NCBI GenBank assembly: GCA_023395465.1
Contig: JAEWZE010000048.1
Location: forward strand, 12,744-76,743
Length of the DNA stretch: 64,000 nucleotides
Direction: 5' to 3'
Source: Pseudomonadota bacterium
Lineage (GTDB): Bacteria; Pseudomonadota; Gammaproteobacteria; Xanthomonadales; Xanthomonadaceae
Below the pieces are notes generated by a model. The model made no database searches. It was not told the DNA's origin and was given only the letters and a program-made list of their open reading frames with translations. The translations under genes and the position numbers were made by a program. This document shows positions 26,043 to 34,603 of this stretch, piece by piece (positions within the stretch are counted from its first letter, which is position 1; each line of letters opens with the position of its first letter).

Positions 26043-26177
26043 CAGGCCCGGTTGCCGCCCCATTCGTCTTCGTTCAAGCCATACTCGCCTCAGTCCCCTC
26101 CGCACGTCGCCCTCGTCCCCGTCCATCCCCTTGGATGGCGGCGTGCGGAGCGGGGCCTTTCCAAGGAAGCCCGAGGA

Positions 26178-26369
26178 ATGACCAGCAAACAGCGCGCCGC
26201 CGCCAAGCGGCCCAAGCCCCTTCTGCGCAGCCACATCGTGATCGGCCCGGCGACCTCGGTGATCATGCCGCCCCCGACCAAGCCGAAGCCCGGTCAGAGC
26301 GTGGAGGACTTCGTAGCCAATGACGGCCAGATCGAGAAGCTGCCGTCCGCATGGGACAAGGTGGCTTGA
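26178..26369 (+). CDS. Hypothetical small basic protein
   Basis: ATG 26178 (MTSKQRAAAKRPKP...). Confidence 0.4.
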   Translation: MTSKQRAAAKRPKPLLRSHIVIGPATSVIMPPPTKPKPGQSVEDFVANDGQIEKLPSAWDKVA

Positions 26370-26541
26370 CCGCCCCGGCAACCGCGACGACACGGGCCCC
26401 GGTTGCAGCAACTGGCCCGGGATGTTCAACAGCACCATAGCTCCTGGTCGCCCACGGAGTCCGACGTTGCACGCCAACAACGCCAGCCGCATCGCCATCT
26501 CGCGCGCGGCCGCCTGCGCCAGCTACCAGAGCACTGAGCGC

Positions 26542-26718
26542 ATGGCTTCATTCAACTCCGACATGCCGGCAATACAGGCGCTAGCGATCGTCCACAACGA
26601 GGTCGCGCGCGCGTTGTTCAGGGCGCCGCGCGGCCCGGTGGTCATCCCCCTCGAACAGGCCGACCGCTGGCTGGTCCTGATCGAATCCGCTGCAGCGGAC
26701 ATCCGCTCGCAGCGCTGA
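26542..26718 (+). CDS. Hypothetical small protein
   Basis: ATG 26542 with a weak RBS. Confidence 0.3.
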   Translation: MASFNSDMPAIQALAIVHNEVARALFRAPRGPVVIPLEQADRWLVLIESAAADIRSQR

Positions 26719-26723
26719 GCCAC

Positions 26724-26960
26724 ATGCCCGGATCGAAAGCCTCGTTGCCACCTTCGCCGCGCGAGAGCGAGGCGCTTGTGGTGGAACTGCTCACTCAAGC
26801 GCTGATGCTGTGCCGCCAGGCGCGGCGCGTGGATGAGCCGACTGCCGTGCTGTTGCGACGGGCAGCCCACGCACTCCGCGCAGATGGACAGGCGATGGCG
26901 TCCACCTCGGACTCCGAGGGTGCCGCAGCCACGCCTGGCCGCGCAGGCGCCGGTCGATAG
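26724..26960 (+). CDS. Hypothetical small protein
   Basis: A 78-aa ORF beginning 6 nt after the previous stop. Confidence 0.4.
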   Translation: MPGSKASLPPSPRESEALVVELLTQALMLCRQARRVDEPTAVLLRRAAHALRADGQAMASTSDSEGAAATPGRAGAGR

Positions 26961-26974
26961 CGCGGCCCCGTGGC

Positions 26975-27007
26975 CTAATTTCTGGCCACTGGCGCGCGTG
27001 GTTACAT
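26975..27007 (+). promoter_or_regulatory. Recurrent promoter-like element (relaxed box)
   Basis: Box CTAATTTC at 26975-26982 and hexamer TTACAT at 27002-27007. Confidence 0.35.
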
Positions 27008-27046
27008 GGCTCATCGGCAGCCTGTTGCTGCCCGGGAGCCTTCCAC

Positions 27047-27169
27047 ATGCCTATCGAGATCCTCATCCTGGCCCACGCACGCGTGAAGCGTGCGCGCTGG
27101 GACATGATTGCCCTTCTACCTGCCGACAGGGCGCTGGCCGCGGCCCCGGCCGGCGTGCAGGCGCACTGA
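27047..27169 (+). CDS. Hypothetical 40-aa ORF (below the track cut-off)
   Basis: ATG 27047 has GGGAG 8 nt upstream. The product is MPIEILILAHARVKRARWDMIALLPADRALAAAPAGVQAH. Its stop lies 1 nt before ATG 27171. Confidence 0.3.
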   Translation: MPIEILILAHARVKRARWDMIALLPADRALAAAPAGVQAH

Positions 27170-27170
27170 G

Positions 27171-27722
27171 ATGGGCTGGTACTACGGATGGGATTCGCGC
27201 GAGTGCATGGTGCGCCACCTGCTAGCGCAGGAAGGCGGCAGCAGCGAGGTCATCGACCACAGCCTGGTCGGGAACAACCTCTGGATGCTCCTCCGCCGCA
27301 AGGCCGACGGTTTCCGTTTCATCGTCCTGTGCCTGATCCGGAGCAACCGCGCCGACGGCTGGGGCTACAACGACGTCGAGGAGTCATGCGGTCCCGCCGA
27401 GGTGGACTGCCCGGAGCGCCTGCTCGCGCAGAGCGACGTCATCGATGAGATGGCCATGCGCTGGCGCCAGCGCTGCCGCGACGCGCGCACCTTGCGCGCC
27501 AAGCAGCGCAGGTTCCTGGCCCAGCTGAAGGAAGGCGACCTGTTCCTCGTGGGCGATCGCATTATCGAATGCACCGGCGTGCACGAGTACAAGTCGTGCT
27601 TCCGCAAGAGGAAGCAGATCACCATCTTCGGGAAGCAGCAGGACACGCACGACGTCTATCGGTGGAAGAGCTGCTGGATCCGGCCTGTCGGCGCGACCAC
27701 CACCAGCACGCAACCTGCGTGA
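27171..27722 (+). CDS. MGW-start family protein; paralogue of 16297-16647 with a C-terminal extension
   Basis: Shares MGWYYGWDSRECMVRHLL...VIDHSL...RWRQRCR with 16297. Confidence 0.55.
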   Translation: MGWYYGWDSRECMVRHLLAQEGGSSEVIDHSLVGNNLWMLLRRKADGFRFIVLCLIRSNRADGWGYNDVEESCGPAEVDCPERLLAQSDVIDEMAMRWRQRCRDARTLRAKQRRFLAQLKEGDLFLVGDRIIECTGVHEYKSCFRKRKQITIFGKQQDTHDVYRWKSCWIRPVGATTTSTQPA

Positions 27723-27775
27723 TCCCTCCGCCGGTTGCGCCACCCCGCCGCGGCGCCGCGCCCTACCATGCACCC

Positions 27776-28036
27776 ATGGACACCACCGACTCCATGACCG
27801 GCTACCTGCCAGTGCAGACGCGCCGAGCGACGCACGGCTCGGGCTTCCGCTGGTCGCGCATGCCGCTTGAGTCCGGCTCCTGCGTCTCGGGGGTCGAGTA
27901 CCGGCTGTTCCAGGAAACGGCCGACGGGAACCTGCTACGGGAACATCTGGTGTTCACCGCCCCCAAAACCCGCGCCGCGGTCGCGGCCGGACTCGTGAAG
28001 GCCCGCAAGCGCCTGCGTGCCGAATACTGTGCCTGA
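27776..28036 (+). CDS. Hypothetical small protein
   Basis: ATG 27776 lies within track ORF 27569-28036. Confidence 0.45.
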   Translation: MDTTDSMTGYLPVQTRRATHGSGFRWSRMPLESGSCVSGVEYRLFQETADGNLLREHLVFTAPKTRAAVAAGLVKARKRLRAEYCA

Positions 28037-28070
28037 GCCCTGCTGGCGGCTTCCCGGCCCTCTGCGGTTG

Positions 28071-28448
28071 ATGAACGCCCGGTCGCGGAGCTTCTCCGCG
28101 CGTCGCGGACTCCTCGTGCTGTTGACCGTCGCAATGACCCTGGCCTGCAGTGGCCGCACCAGCGACTCGGTGCAGGTGCAGTTGCAACAGCCCGGTTACG
28201 CAGAAGAAGCCTGGCAGATGTGCCGACTCATCAATCGCGAACTCACGCCCGTCAAGCCGTGCAACGTCTCCATGGGCCGGCATCTGGACGTCACTGTGCC
28301 GCTGGATCCACCCACGCTGCGTCGACTGTGCATCGAGTTGCGCGTCCTGGCAGTGCGCCGCGAGATCGAGTTCACGCGAAGCTGGACGATCCGGTTTTAC
28401 TCCGCATTCTCTTCCCACGGCCCGATAGAGACGTGCCCGCTAAGCTGA
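28071..28448 (+). CDS. Lipoprotein
   Basis: Signal plus lipobox MNARSRSFSARRGLLVLLTVAMTLAC. Confidence 0.5.
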   Translation: MNARSRSFSARRGLLVLLTVAMTLACSGRTSDSVQVQLQQPGYAEEAWQMCRLINRELTPVKPCNVSMGRHLDVTVPLDPPTLRRLCIELRVLAVRREIEFTRSWTIRFYSAFSSHGPIETCPLS

Positions 28449-28696
28449 AACACCGCGCGCCGGTTAATGATTGTGAATACCGAGAAAGCCCGATGTCACA
28501 GTCTTGGCCTACTCCGCCTCCCCCGATCGCGCTTTCAGCCATTTGTTCACTTGCCGATGGCATCATTGCTTCCGCGTTGCTGCATCGATCTCGCTCGCAG
28601 CCCTGCGGGTGGTGATCAAGGCTCCCAGTGGCACGAGCTGCGCGGCGCTTCCGCCCGTGACCTGATCTGTGTCAAGTCGGGTCGAGCGGCGTCTGG

Positions 28697-28729
28697 CATC
28701 ATTTCGCAGCCTGCCGCTTCGGAGCACAT
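28697..28729 (+). promoter_or_regulatory. Recurrent promoter-like element (relaxed box)
   Basis: Box CATCATTTC at 28697-28705 and hexamer GCACAT at 28724-28729, 34 nt before ATG 28763. Confidence 0.3.
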
Positions 28730-28762
28730 GGCGCGCACGACATTAAGAGCCTTTCCAGGACG

Positions 28763-29092
28763 ATGAAGCTCACCACCGAACATCTCAAGAACCCTCTGGC
28801 AACGCTCGAAGCCGAGCTTCGCAACGTCAAGCGCATCGCAGACCAGACCGGTCAGCCTTGCTACGTGGGTAGCCAGCTGATCGATCGATGGATGATGCTG
28901 TTGGAGGCCGAAACCCTCGCGATGCCCAGCCCACGGGCCGTGGTCGACCATATTGTGGCAGCCGCTCGGCCTATCAATGACGGCGCGCCTGAACACGGAT
29001 GGCGCATCGAAGACGCCGTGATGCGCCGGGCGAAGAAGTGCCAGGCTCCGGAACTGCCCGAACACCTGATGGCAGCGGTAAAGTCCAAGTAG
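28763..29092 (+). CDS. Hypothetical protein (lower GC)
   Basis: A 109-aa ORF with a plausible composition. Confidence 0.5.
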   Translation: MKLTTEHLKNPLATLEAELRNVKRIADQTGQPCYVGSQLIDRWMMLLEAETLAMPSPRAVVDHIVAAARPINDGAPEHGWRIEDAVMRRAKKCQAPELPEHLMAAVKSK

Positions 29093-29139
29093 GACGCTGG
29101 AGATACCAAGCGAGCGGCCGTTAACGGGCTCGTGCAACT

Positions 29140-29174
29140 GCAACTTTCGCCGCGGTGGCGATGCGGTAGGACAT
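29140..29174 (+). promoter_or_regulatory. Recurrent promoter-like element (box present, -10 off register by 2 nt)
   Basis: Box GCAACTTTC at 29140-29148. This is the only copy without T at the fixed position; TAGGACAT ends at 29174. Confidence 0.3.
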
Positions 29175-29233
29175 GGGATAGGGCCGACTCAAGTCGATGT
29201 CGATCCCGGACCCCATCACCACCGGAGACCACC

Positions 29234-29491
29234 ATGGAAACCCGCGCTACCCGCTGGATGTTCGAGGGCGAGGAGCTGACGGTCGCGCAGATCCGCCAGC
29301 GCGTCCCGATCCTCAGCGATCGCACCATCCGCAAGCACCTGGCCGCCGGCCGCGACACCCGCCAGGCCATGCTCAATTTCGACATCTCTGCGGCCAGTGC
29401 CCGCGGTGGCCGAAAGGCCGCCCGCCGTGCCAAGGCCGACGGGCTGTACGCCACCTTCCGTTCCTCTTCACCCAGCGCCTGCCATGTCTGA
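29234..29491 (+). CDS. Hypothetical small protein (possible DNA-binding)
   Basis: ATG 29234. The segment LTVAQIRQRVPILSDRTIRKHLAAG looks HTH-like. Confidence 0.45.
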   Translation: METRATRWMFEGEELTVAQIRQRVPILSDRTIRKHLAAGRDTRQAMLNFDISAASARGGRKAARRAKADGLYATFRSSSPSACHV

Positions 29492-29927
29492 ACACCTCCT
29501 CGGGGCCGAAGCTGCGCTCCGCCAGGCCCTGCGAAACGTCGGCCAGTCCGATGCGGGCAGCCTGATCGAGCTGGCCGAGCGCCTGGAGGCGTGGTCGCGC
29601 GAGGTAGGCCGCCTGTTCGGCGACATGCAGCGCATGATGGCGGCACGTCCTGCGCTGGCTGCCGCTGCCGACCCGGTGGATCCGTCCATCGAGATCGACA
29701 GCGCCCCGATGGGCGCCGCCGAGCTGAAGGCGATCCGAGACGAGCTCGGCTGCATGCAGGAGAAGCTTGCGCGCCGCATCGGCGTCACCGCGGACACCCT
29801 CTGGCGCTGGGAGACAGGCGGCCGTCCGGTCAGCGACCACTTCACCGGCAAGCTCCGCGGCCAGCTGGCCAAGCACCGGCTTTCGACCCCAACCGATGGC
29901 ATTGCGCCTGCGGTTGCAGCGTGCTGA
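29484..29927 (+). CDS. XRE-family HTH domain protein
   Basis: ATG 29484 overlaps the upstream gene by 8 nt. The C-terminal segment ELKAIRDELGCMQEKLARRIGVTADTLWRWETGGRPVS is XRE-like. Confidence 0.6.
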   Translation: MSEHLLGAEAALRQALRNVGQSDAGSLIELAERLEAWSREVGRLFGDMQRMMAARPALAAAADPVDPSIEIDSAPMGAAELKAIRDELGCMQEKLARRIGVTADTLWRWETGGRPVSDHFTGKLRGQLAKHRLSTPTDGIAPAVAAC

Positions 29928-29978
29928 CCCTCATCCGGCAACTACGCTCTCCGACATGGACGGCACACCGTACTGACG

Positions 29979-30215
29979 ATGAACACCAAGCCTCACCCAC
30001 GCATGCACTACCGTGGAATCGGAAGCCTGATAAGCCCCCTGCAGGCCTCAGCACCGGTCGTTCAGCGCGTCGCGGATCCGCGCTCGCGCGACGCGCTCGC
30101 CATCATCGAGCGTGAGTACCCCGAGCAGGCCCGGGTCCTTGCCGAGGCTCTCGTGCGTCTGCAGAAGACCAAGCCGATCGCTCCAGCGCCCCTCCCCGCC
30201 TTCGCTAGCGCCTGA
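29979..30215 (+). CDS. Hypothetical small protein
   Basis: A 78-aa ORF. Confidence 0.4.
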   Translation: MNTKPHPRMHYRGIGSLISPLQASAPVVQRVADPRSRDALAIIEREYPEQARVLAEALVRLQKTKPIAPAPLPAFASA

Positions 30216-30245
30216 GCGCTTCGCGGCCGGCGAGACCGGATTCGC

Positions 30246-30278
30246 GCAAGTTTCGCCTCTGTATCGACCGGCTAACTT
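30246..30278 (+). promoter_or_regulatory. Recurrent promoter-like element
   Basis: Box GCAAGTTTC at 30246-30254 and hexamer TAACTT at 30273-30278. Confidence 0.4.
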
Positions 30279-30305
30279 GAGGGTCAGACCTGGATGGAGC
30301 GCGCC

Positions 30306-31133
30306 ATGATTACTGCCACGCAGATTGCCGACCTGCTCGACGGCCTCGACGTCACCGAAGCCGGGCGCGAGCGCTACACGCGCCTGGCCGCGACCGCTGG
30401 TGTCGTATTGATCTGGCACCGGCCTTGCGCCGAGTCGGCTGAGATCCTCGTCACCGGAGCGCTGGACGGCCTGCACCCGCACGCGGCCTCCGCGCCCTTG
30501 CTCATCAACCGCGCCGGCCCCCTGTTGCTGCCTACGTACGGCGATGGGCCGACGCACGCCCATCTCGAAAGCATGCAAGCCAGCGGGCTTGCCGTGCAGG
30601 TGCTCGCCAACGGCCCCACCGCCTACCCGCCCTGCTGGCAGGTGGGCATGCGGGGTCAGGCCGCCGGGTTCACCCTGACTCGCGACGGCGTCGCCTACTG
30701 CGAGGGCCTCGCGGTGGATCTTTCCTCCCTGCCTGCGCCGAACGATGCTGACCGATTCCAGGCACGGACCGTGGCATGGGTTCGCGATACCTTCGGCGCC
30801 GAGCAGTTCGCGGACATGCAGGAGCGCGGCGACCGCTTCGCCGAGGAAGCCTTGGAGTTCCTCCAGTCCATCGGCTACAGCCGCGAGTCTGTCCTGCGGG
30901 CCGTCCAGTACGTGTACGAGCGTGGCCACGGCGAGCCGCTTCAGGAGGCCGGTGGCGTCCTGCTGACGATGGCCCCGATCTGCGAGGTGCTGGGCTTCGA
31001 CATCCTCCACGCCGGCGAGGTCGAACTGGCGCGCGTGCAGACCGAGGTGCGCGCCATACGCGCCAAGCAGGCGCGCAAGCCTGCCTTCAATGCCGCTCCA
31101 GCCCCTGCGCCGCTGAAGGTGGTGAACGGCTGA
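30306..31133 (+). CDS. Protein with a C-terminal MazG-like nucleotide pyrophosphohydrolase-type domain
   Basis: ATG 30306 has GGAG 6 nt upstream (alternative ATG at 30294). The C-terminal half WVRDTFG...ERGDRFAEEALEFLQS...GEPLQEAGGVLLTMAPICEVLGFDI resembles the MazG/all-alpha NTP-PPase fold (from memory). Confidence 0.5.
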   Translation: MITATQIADLLDGLDVTEAGRERYTRLAATAGVVLIWHRPCAESAEILVTGALDGLHPHAASAPLLINRAGPLLLPTYGDGPTHAHLESMQASGLAVQVLANGPTAYPPCWQVGMRGQAAGFTLTRDGVAYCEGLAVDLSSLPAPNDADRFQARTVAWVRDTFGAEQFADMQERGDRFAEEALEFLQSIGYSRESVLRAVQYVYERGHGEPLQEAGGVLLTMAPICEVLGFDILHAGEVELARVQTEVRAIRAKQARKPAFNAAPAPAPLKVVNG

Positions 31134-31134
31134 C

Positions 31135-31167
31135 CTAACTTGGGCTGGTGCTTCGCTGGTGCACCCT
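31135..31167 (+). promoter_or_regulatory. Recurrent promoter-like element (relaxed box)
   Basis: Box CTAACTTGG at 31135-31143 and hexamer CACCCT at 31162-31167, 30 nt before ATG 31197. Confidence 0.3.
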
Positions 31168-31196
31168 GGATGGACCTTCCACGCCACTTCTGCCCC

Positions 31197-31502
31197 ATGA
31201 CCGGACCCGACCTGCTCGCGCTCTCTCCCGCTGTCCTGCCGACGGTCCCTGTCCGCCGTGGCGACGTGTTCGCCTATGGCGGCGCCACCCACCGCGCGGC
31301 GACGGTGATGGAGATCCAGCCGGGCGGCCGCGCTCTGGTCCGGATCGAAACCTTGCGTGAGGACAACCAGCCGGGCGTACGCGTGGCGAGCGAGACGACG
31401 CGGGAGCTGAAGGCCATGCCGCGCCTGGGTCGTGCCGTGCACCGGGATGGGATGTACCTGTCCGCCGCGAGCCTGGCCTATCGACATCGCGCGCCCGGGT
31501 GA
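31197..31502 (+). CDS. Hypothetical protein
   Basis: ATG 31197 lies within track ORF 31140-31502. Confidence 0.45.
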   Translation: MTGPDLLALSPAVLPTVPVRRGDVFAYGGATHRAATVMEIQPGGRALVRIETLREDNQPGVRVASETTRELKAMPRLGRAVHRDGMYLSAASLAYRHRAPG

Positions 31503-31578
31503 CATCGGCCTGCCAACCTCGCATGCACTCACGCCGGTTTCCATGCCCCGAGGCGCTTGGCGCGCCTAGATTGGCGCC

Positions 31579-32049
31579 ATGGACTCCCGTAGGCATTCAC
31601 GGACAGATCTCGCCCACTGGGACCTGCCTTCGGCCGGTGAGCCAACGGCGTCATCTGCCGACCTGGCCGCGCATGCCGGTGCCTGGGAGGATCTGCCCTT
31701 CGGCTACTGCCCACTGCACCTGGTGCGCACGCCCTCGTCCTGGCGCAACCTGCGCGCGCCCCGCTTCGAGCTGGAACTTCCGGCAACAGAGGAGATGCGC
31801 GGCGCCTGGCGGATCTTCTACCTTGGACAGCAGAAACAGCTGACGCAGTCCGCGCTGGACATTGGCGTGAGTACTCTCGCCCTTCGCTTCGACGTGTGGA
31901 TGTCGCGACGGGCCCGCGGACTGCCGATCGACTCCACCGCCCTACTACGGCTCCACGCCTCGTGCGCCCCGGCCCAGCAACGCCTGCTGCTGGACGATGT
32001 GATCAGGTGGACAGGGAGCGGCACGCTGTTGGCTTTCGTCTCCCGCTGA
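31579..32049 (+). CDS. Hypothetical protein preceding the pilus cluster
   Basis: A 156-aa ORF. Confidence 0.45.
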   Translation: MDSRRHSRTDLAHWDLPSAGEPTASSADLAAHAGAWEDLPFGYCPLHLVRTPSSWRNLRAPRFELELPATEEMRGAWRIFYLGQQKQLTQSALDIGVSTLALRFDVWMSRRARGLPIDSTALLRLHASCAPAQQRLLLDDVIRWTGSGTLLAFVSR

Positions 32050-32150
32050 CGTGGTCCACAGCCCCAACCATGGCCTGTTGGGCGTGGGTTGGCGCTCCGC
32101 GTCCCCCTGCACTGCTCGACACTTCCTGCAACGAATCAGGCATTCCTTGC

Positions 32151-32945
32151 ATGAAGCAGACCGCAGCCATTCTTCTTCTTGCCGCAGCTGGCGTCGGCTC
32201 GGCGCCCGCGATCGCGGCGGAACTACGCCCGCTCGATCCCGGCGCCCTCAAGGTGCTGGGTTTGAGTGCGGACGCCCAGGCGACGCAGCGCGAAGCCACG
32301 CAAGGCGCGCCGCGCGCCCCATCCCGGCCAGCCAGCGCTCTCGTTCCCATGGCCGCAGAACTGCCCGCGCCGGGCGCCAGCCACGTCGCGACCCCGACGC
32401 GCAGGGTCGCCTGGGCGACGATGCCAGAGCCGGCGCGTCCAGCTGTCACCACGCCTACACCCGCCCCGTCCGTCATGGTGACCACTGCTCCCCTCCCGCC
32501 GATGCCTTCTGCACCGGCGCCGGCGCCAGCCCGCGCGCGCGAATCCTCGCTGGCACTGGCGCCCTCCTCCCCACTGCCGGCCGACCTGCCTGTGAAGTCC
32601 ACCGGCAGTGGCTCGACCGATCGCGGCGTTGCGGTTGTCGAACCGGTCCCGGCTGTCGCGGTCGCCGCTACGCCGCCGCCCGCGCCCCCACCGGTGCCGA
32701 CCAAGTCTTTCGTGATCAACGCAGGCGAGATGGTGAGCGAGGTTTTCCGCCGCTGGCTGCAGTCCGACGGTAAGCAGCTGGTCTGGCAGACCGAGAGTGA
32801 CTTCCGCCTGGACGTCGGCGCGCGCTTCCAGAAGGCGGACGCCGTCGACGCCGTGCAGGCCGTGGCCGAAAACCTGGGCCGCACCCATCCCGATCTCGCC
32901 GTGCGTGCCTACGCCAACGGTGTTGTGCTCGTCACGGACAAGTAA
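32151..32945 (+). CDS. PilL-like / TcpQ-domain pilus biogenesis protein
   Basis: Sec signal, a Pro/Ala-rich linker, and a C-terminal FVINAGEMVSEVFRRWLQSDGKQLVWQTESDFRLD...ANGVVLVTD resembling the TcpQ/PilL C-terminal domain. It occupies the first position in the pil cluster. Confidence 0.55.
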   Translation: MKQTAAILLLAAAGVGSAPAIAAELRPLDPGALKVLGLSADAQATQREATQGAPRAPSRPASALVPMAAELPAPGASHVATPTRRVAWATMPEPARPAVTTPTPAPSVMVTTAPLPPMPSAPAPAPARARESSLALAPSSPLPADLPVKSTGSGSTDRGVAVVEPVPAVAVAATPPPAPPPVPTKSFVINAGEMVSEVFRRWLQSDGKQLVWQTESDFRLDVGARFQKADAVDAVQAVAENLGRTHPDLAVRAYANGVVLVTDK

Positions 32946-32947
32946 TC

Positions 32948-34603
32948 ATGCGCATCTACCGCCCCTTCCTCGTGTCGGCCCTGGCCGCAGCCCTGGCCGC
33001 GTGCGCGTCCACCCCCGCGCCGTCGCATCCGGGGCTCAATGAGATCGACAGCCGCGTCGATGGCGCGCGCGCCGACCTCGAGCAGCGCGCCGGCAGCCGC
33101 GCCGCCAGCTTCGAACGTCTGGACGAGATGTGGCTCGGCGCTACCCGTGTTGAGCGGGCAGGCCCGGCCGATCCGCCGGTCTTCAACGACCAGGTGAAGT
33201 TCCACCGCCTCTGGCCGGCGACGCTCCCGGAAGTGGCCCAGTACATCTCCAGCAACTACGGGTTGCAGGTGCAGGTCAGCGACGACGCGATCGCGGCGGC
33301 CAGCGACGCCAGTCGATCCACTGAGAGCGGCGCGCCCTCACTGTCGGCCGCCGCCGGGCCTGTCCTGCCCCCCGTCGGCGGGAACCTGCCTCCCGGTGGA
33401 ACCCCGATCGGCGCTGTCGCGTTCAACCCCGGCCAGGCCAAGGGCCTGAACATCGACTACAGCGGCAATCTGCGCGGCTTCCTTGACCATGTCACCGCAC
33501 TGAGCGGCACGTCCTGGCGCTACCGCAGCGGCCGCGTGGAGATCTTCGCTCTCGAGACGCGTGTCTTTCAGCTCGAACTGTCCCCCGGCAGCGTGTCCTT
33601 CGATGCCAGCATCACCAACCGCTCCCAGGGCGGCGGGTCTCGCGGGGGCGGCGGTGGCGCGCAGGGCACAGAGACCGAGATGGGTGGCGGCGCGAACAGC
33701 AACGTGGCCGTCGAGCTGGATCCTTTCGCCGGTGTGGTGGAGGCCATCGATGGCCTGCTGACCGAGCGCGGCACCGCCACCGCGACGCCGGCGATGGCGC
33801 AGGTCGTGGTCACCGATCGGCCTGCCGCACTTGAGCGCATCAGCGCATACGTCGAACAGGTCAACGCGATCGCTTCGCGCCAGGTCGCACTCGACGTGCG
33901 CGTGTACCTGGTGGAAGCCAAGCGCAGCAACGGCCATGCGATCAGCTGGGACATGGTCTGGAAGTCCGTCTCCAGCTCCATCGGTGTCGACCTCTCGGCC
34001 GGCAATACCCTGCCGGGCAGTTCCACTCTGGGAATGTCCGTACTCGACGCCGGCTCTCCTTTCAATGGCAGCCGCGTGCTGCTCGACGCCTTGGCGACCC
34101 AGGGCAACGTGCGCGAACTGACCTCCGCCACCCCCGTGACGCTCTCCGGCCGCCCGGTGTCCATGCAGGTCGCCGAGGAGACCGGCTACCTCGAATCGAG
34201 CCAGGTGAGCCTGGTTCCCGACGTCGGTCAGCAGGTATCCCTGACCCCGGGCAAGGTGACCAGCGGCTTCTCGATGAACCTGCTGCCCATCATGTCCGGC
34301 AGCGACACGGTGCTGATGCAGGCGATGATCAACCTGTCGAGCCTGCGCGAGCTGCGCCGGCTTGGCTCGGACTCGCAAGGCAACATGATGGAAACGCCGC
34401 TGATCGATTCGCGGCAGATCATGCAGAACGTCCGGCTCAAGTCCGGCCAGACGCTGGTGCTGACGGGCTTCGAACAGGAAACGCTGCGCTCTGACGCGGC
34501 CGGCGTAGGCCATCCCAAGTTCAGTTTGCTCGGAGGCAAGAGCAACAGCGACAAGCGCGCCACCTCGCTGGTCATCCTGATCACGCCGCGGGTGATCTCG
34601 TGA
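32948..34603 (+). CDS. pilN: Type IVb pilus secretin lipoprotein PilN
   Basis: Lipobox LAAC. The C-terminal secretin region is ...LTSATPVTLSGRPVSMQVAEE...TLVLTGFEQE...LVILITPRVI. Confidence 0.8.
   Translation: MRIYRPFLVSALAAALAACASTPAPSHPGLNEIDSRVDGARADLEQRAGSRAASFERLDEMWLGATRVERAGPADPPVFNDQVKFHRLWPATLPEVAQYISSNYGLQVQVSDDAIAAASDASRSTESGAPSLSAAAGPVLPPVGGNLPPGGTPIGAVAFNPGQAKGLNIDYSGNLRGFLDHVTALSGTSWRYRSGRVEIFALETRVFQLELSPGSVSFDASITNRSQGGGSRGGGGGAQGTETEMGGGANSNVAVELDPFAGVVEAIDGLLTERGTATATPAMAQVVVTDRPAALERISAYVEQVNAIASRQVALDVRVYLVEAKRSNGHAISWDMVWKSVSSSIGVDLSAGNTLPGSSTLGMSVLDAGSPFNGSRVLLDALATQGNVRELTSATPVTLSGRPVSMQVAEETGYLESSQVSLVPDVGQQVSLTPGKVTSGFSMNLLPIMSGSDTVLMQAMINLSSLRELRRLGSDSQGNMMETPLIDSRQIMQNVRLKSGQTLVLTGFEQETLRSDAAGVGHPKFSLLGGKSNSDKRATSLVILITPRVIS

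Noticed and set aside
31535-31572. GGTTTCC ... TAGATT upstream of gene 31579 as another promoter-box copy.
   Set aside because: The spacing between the TTTC and the hexamer is about 25 nt instead of 18, and the AA is missing.
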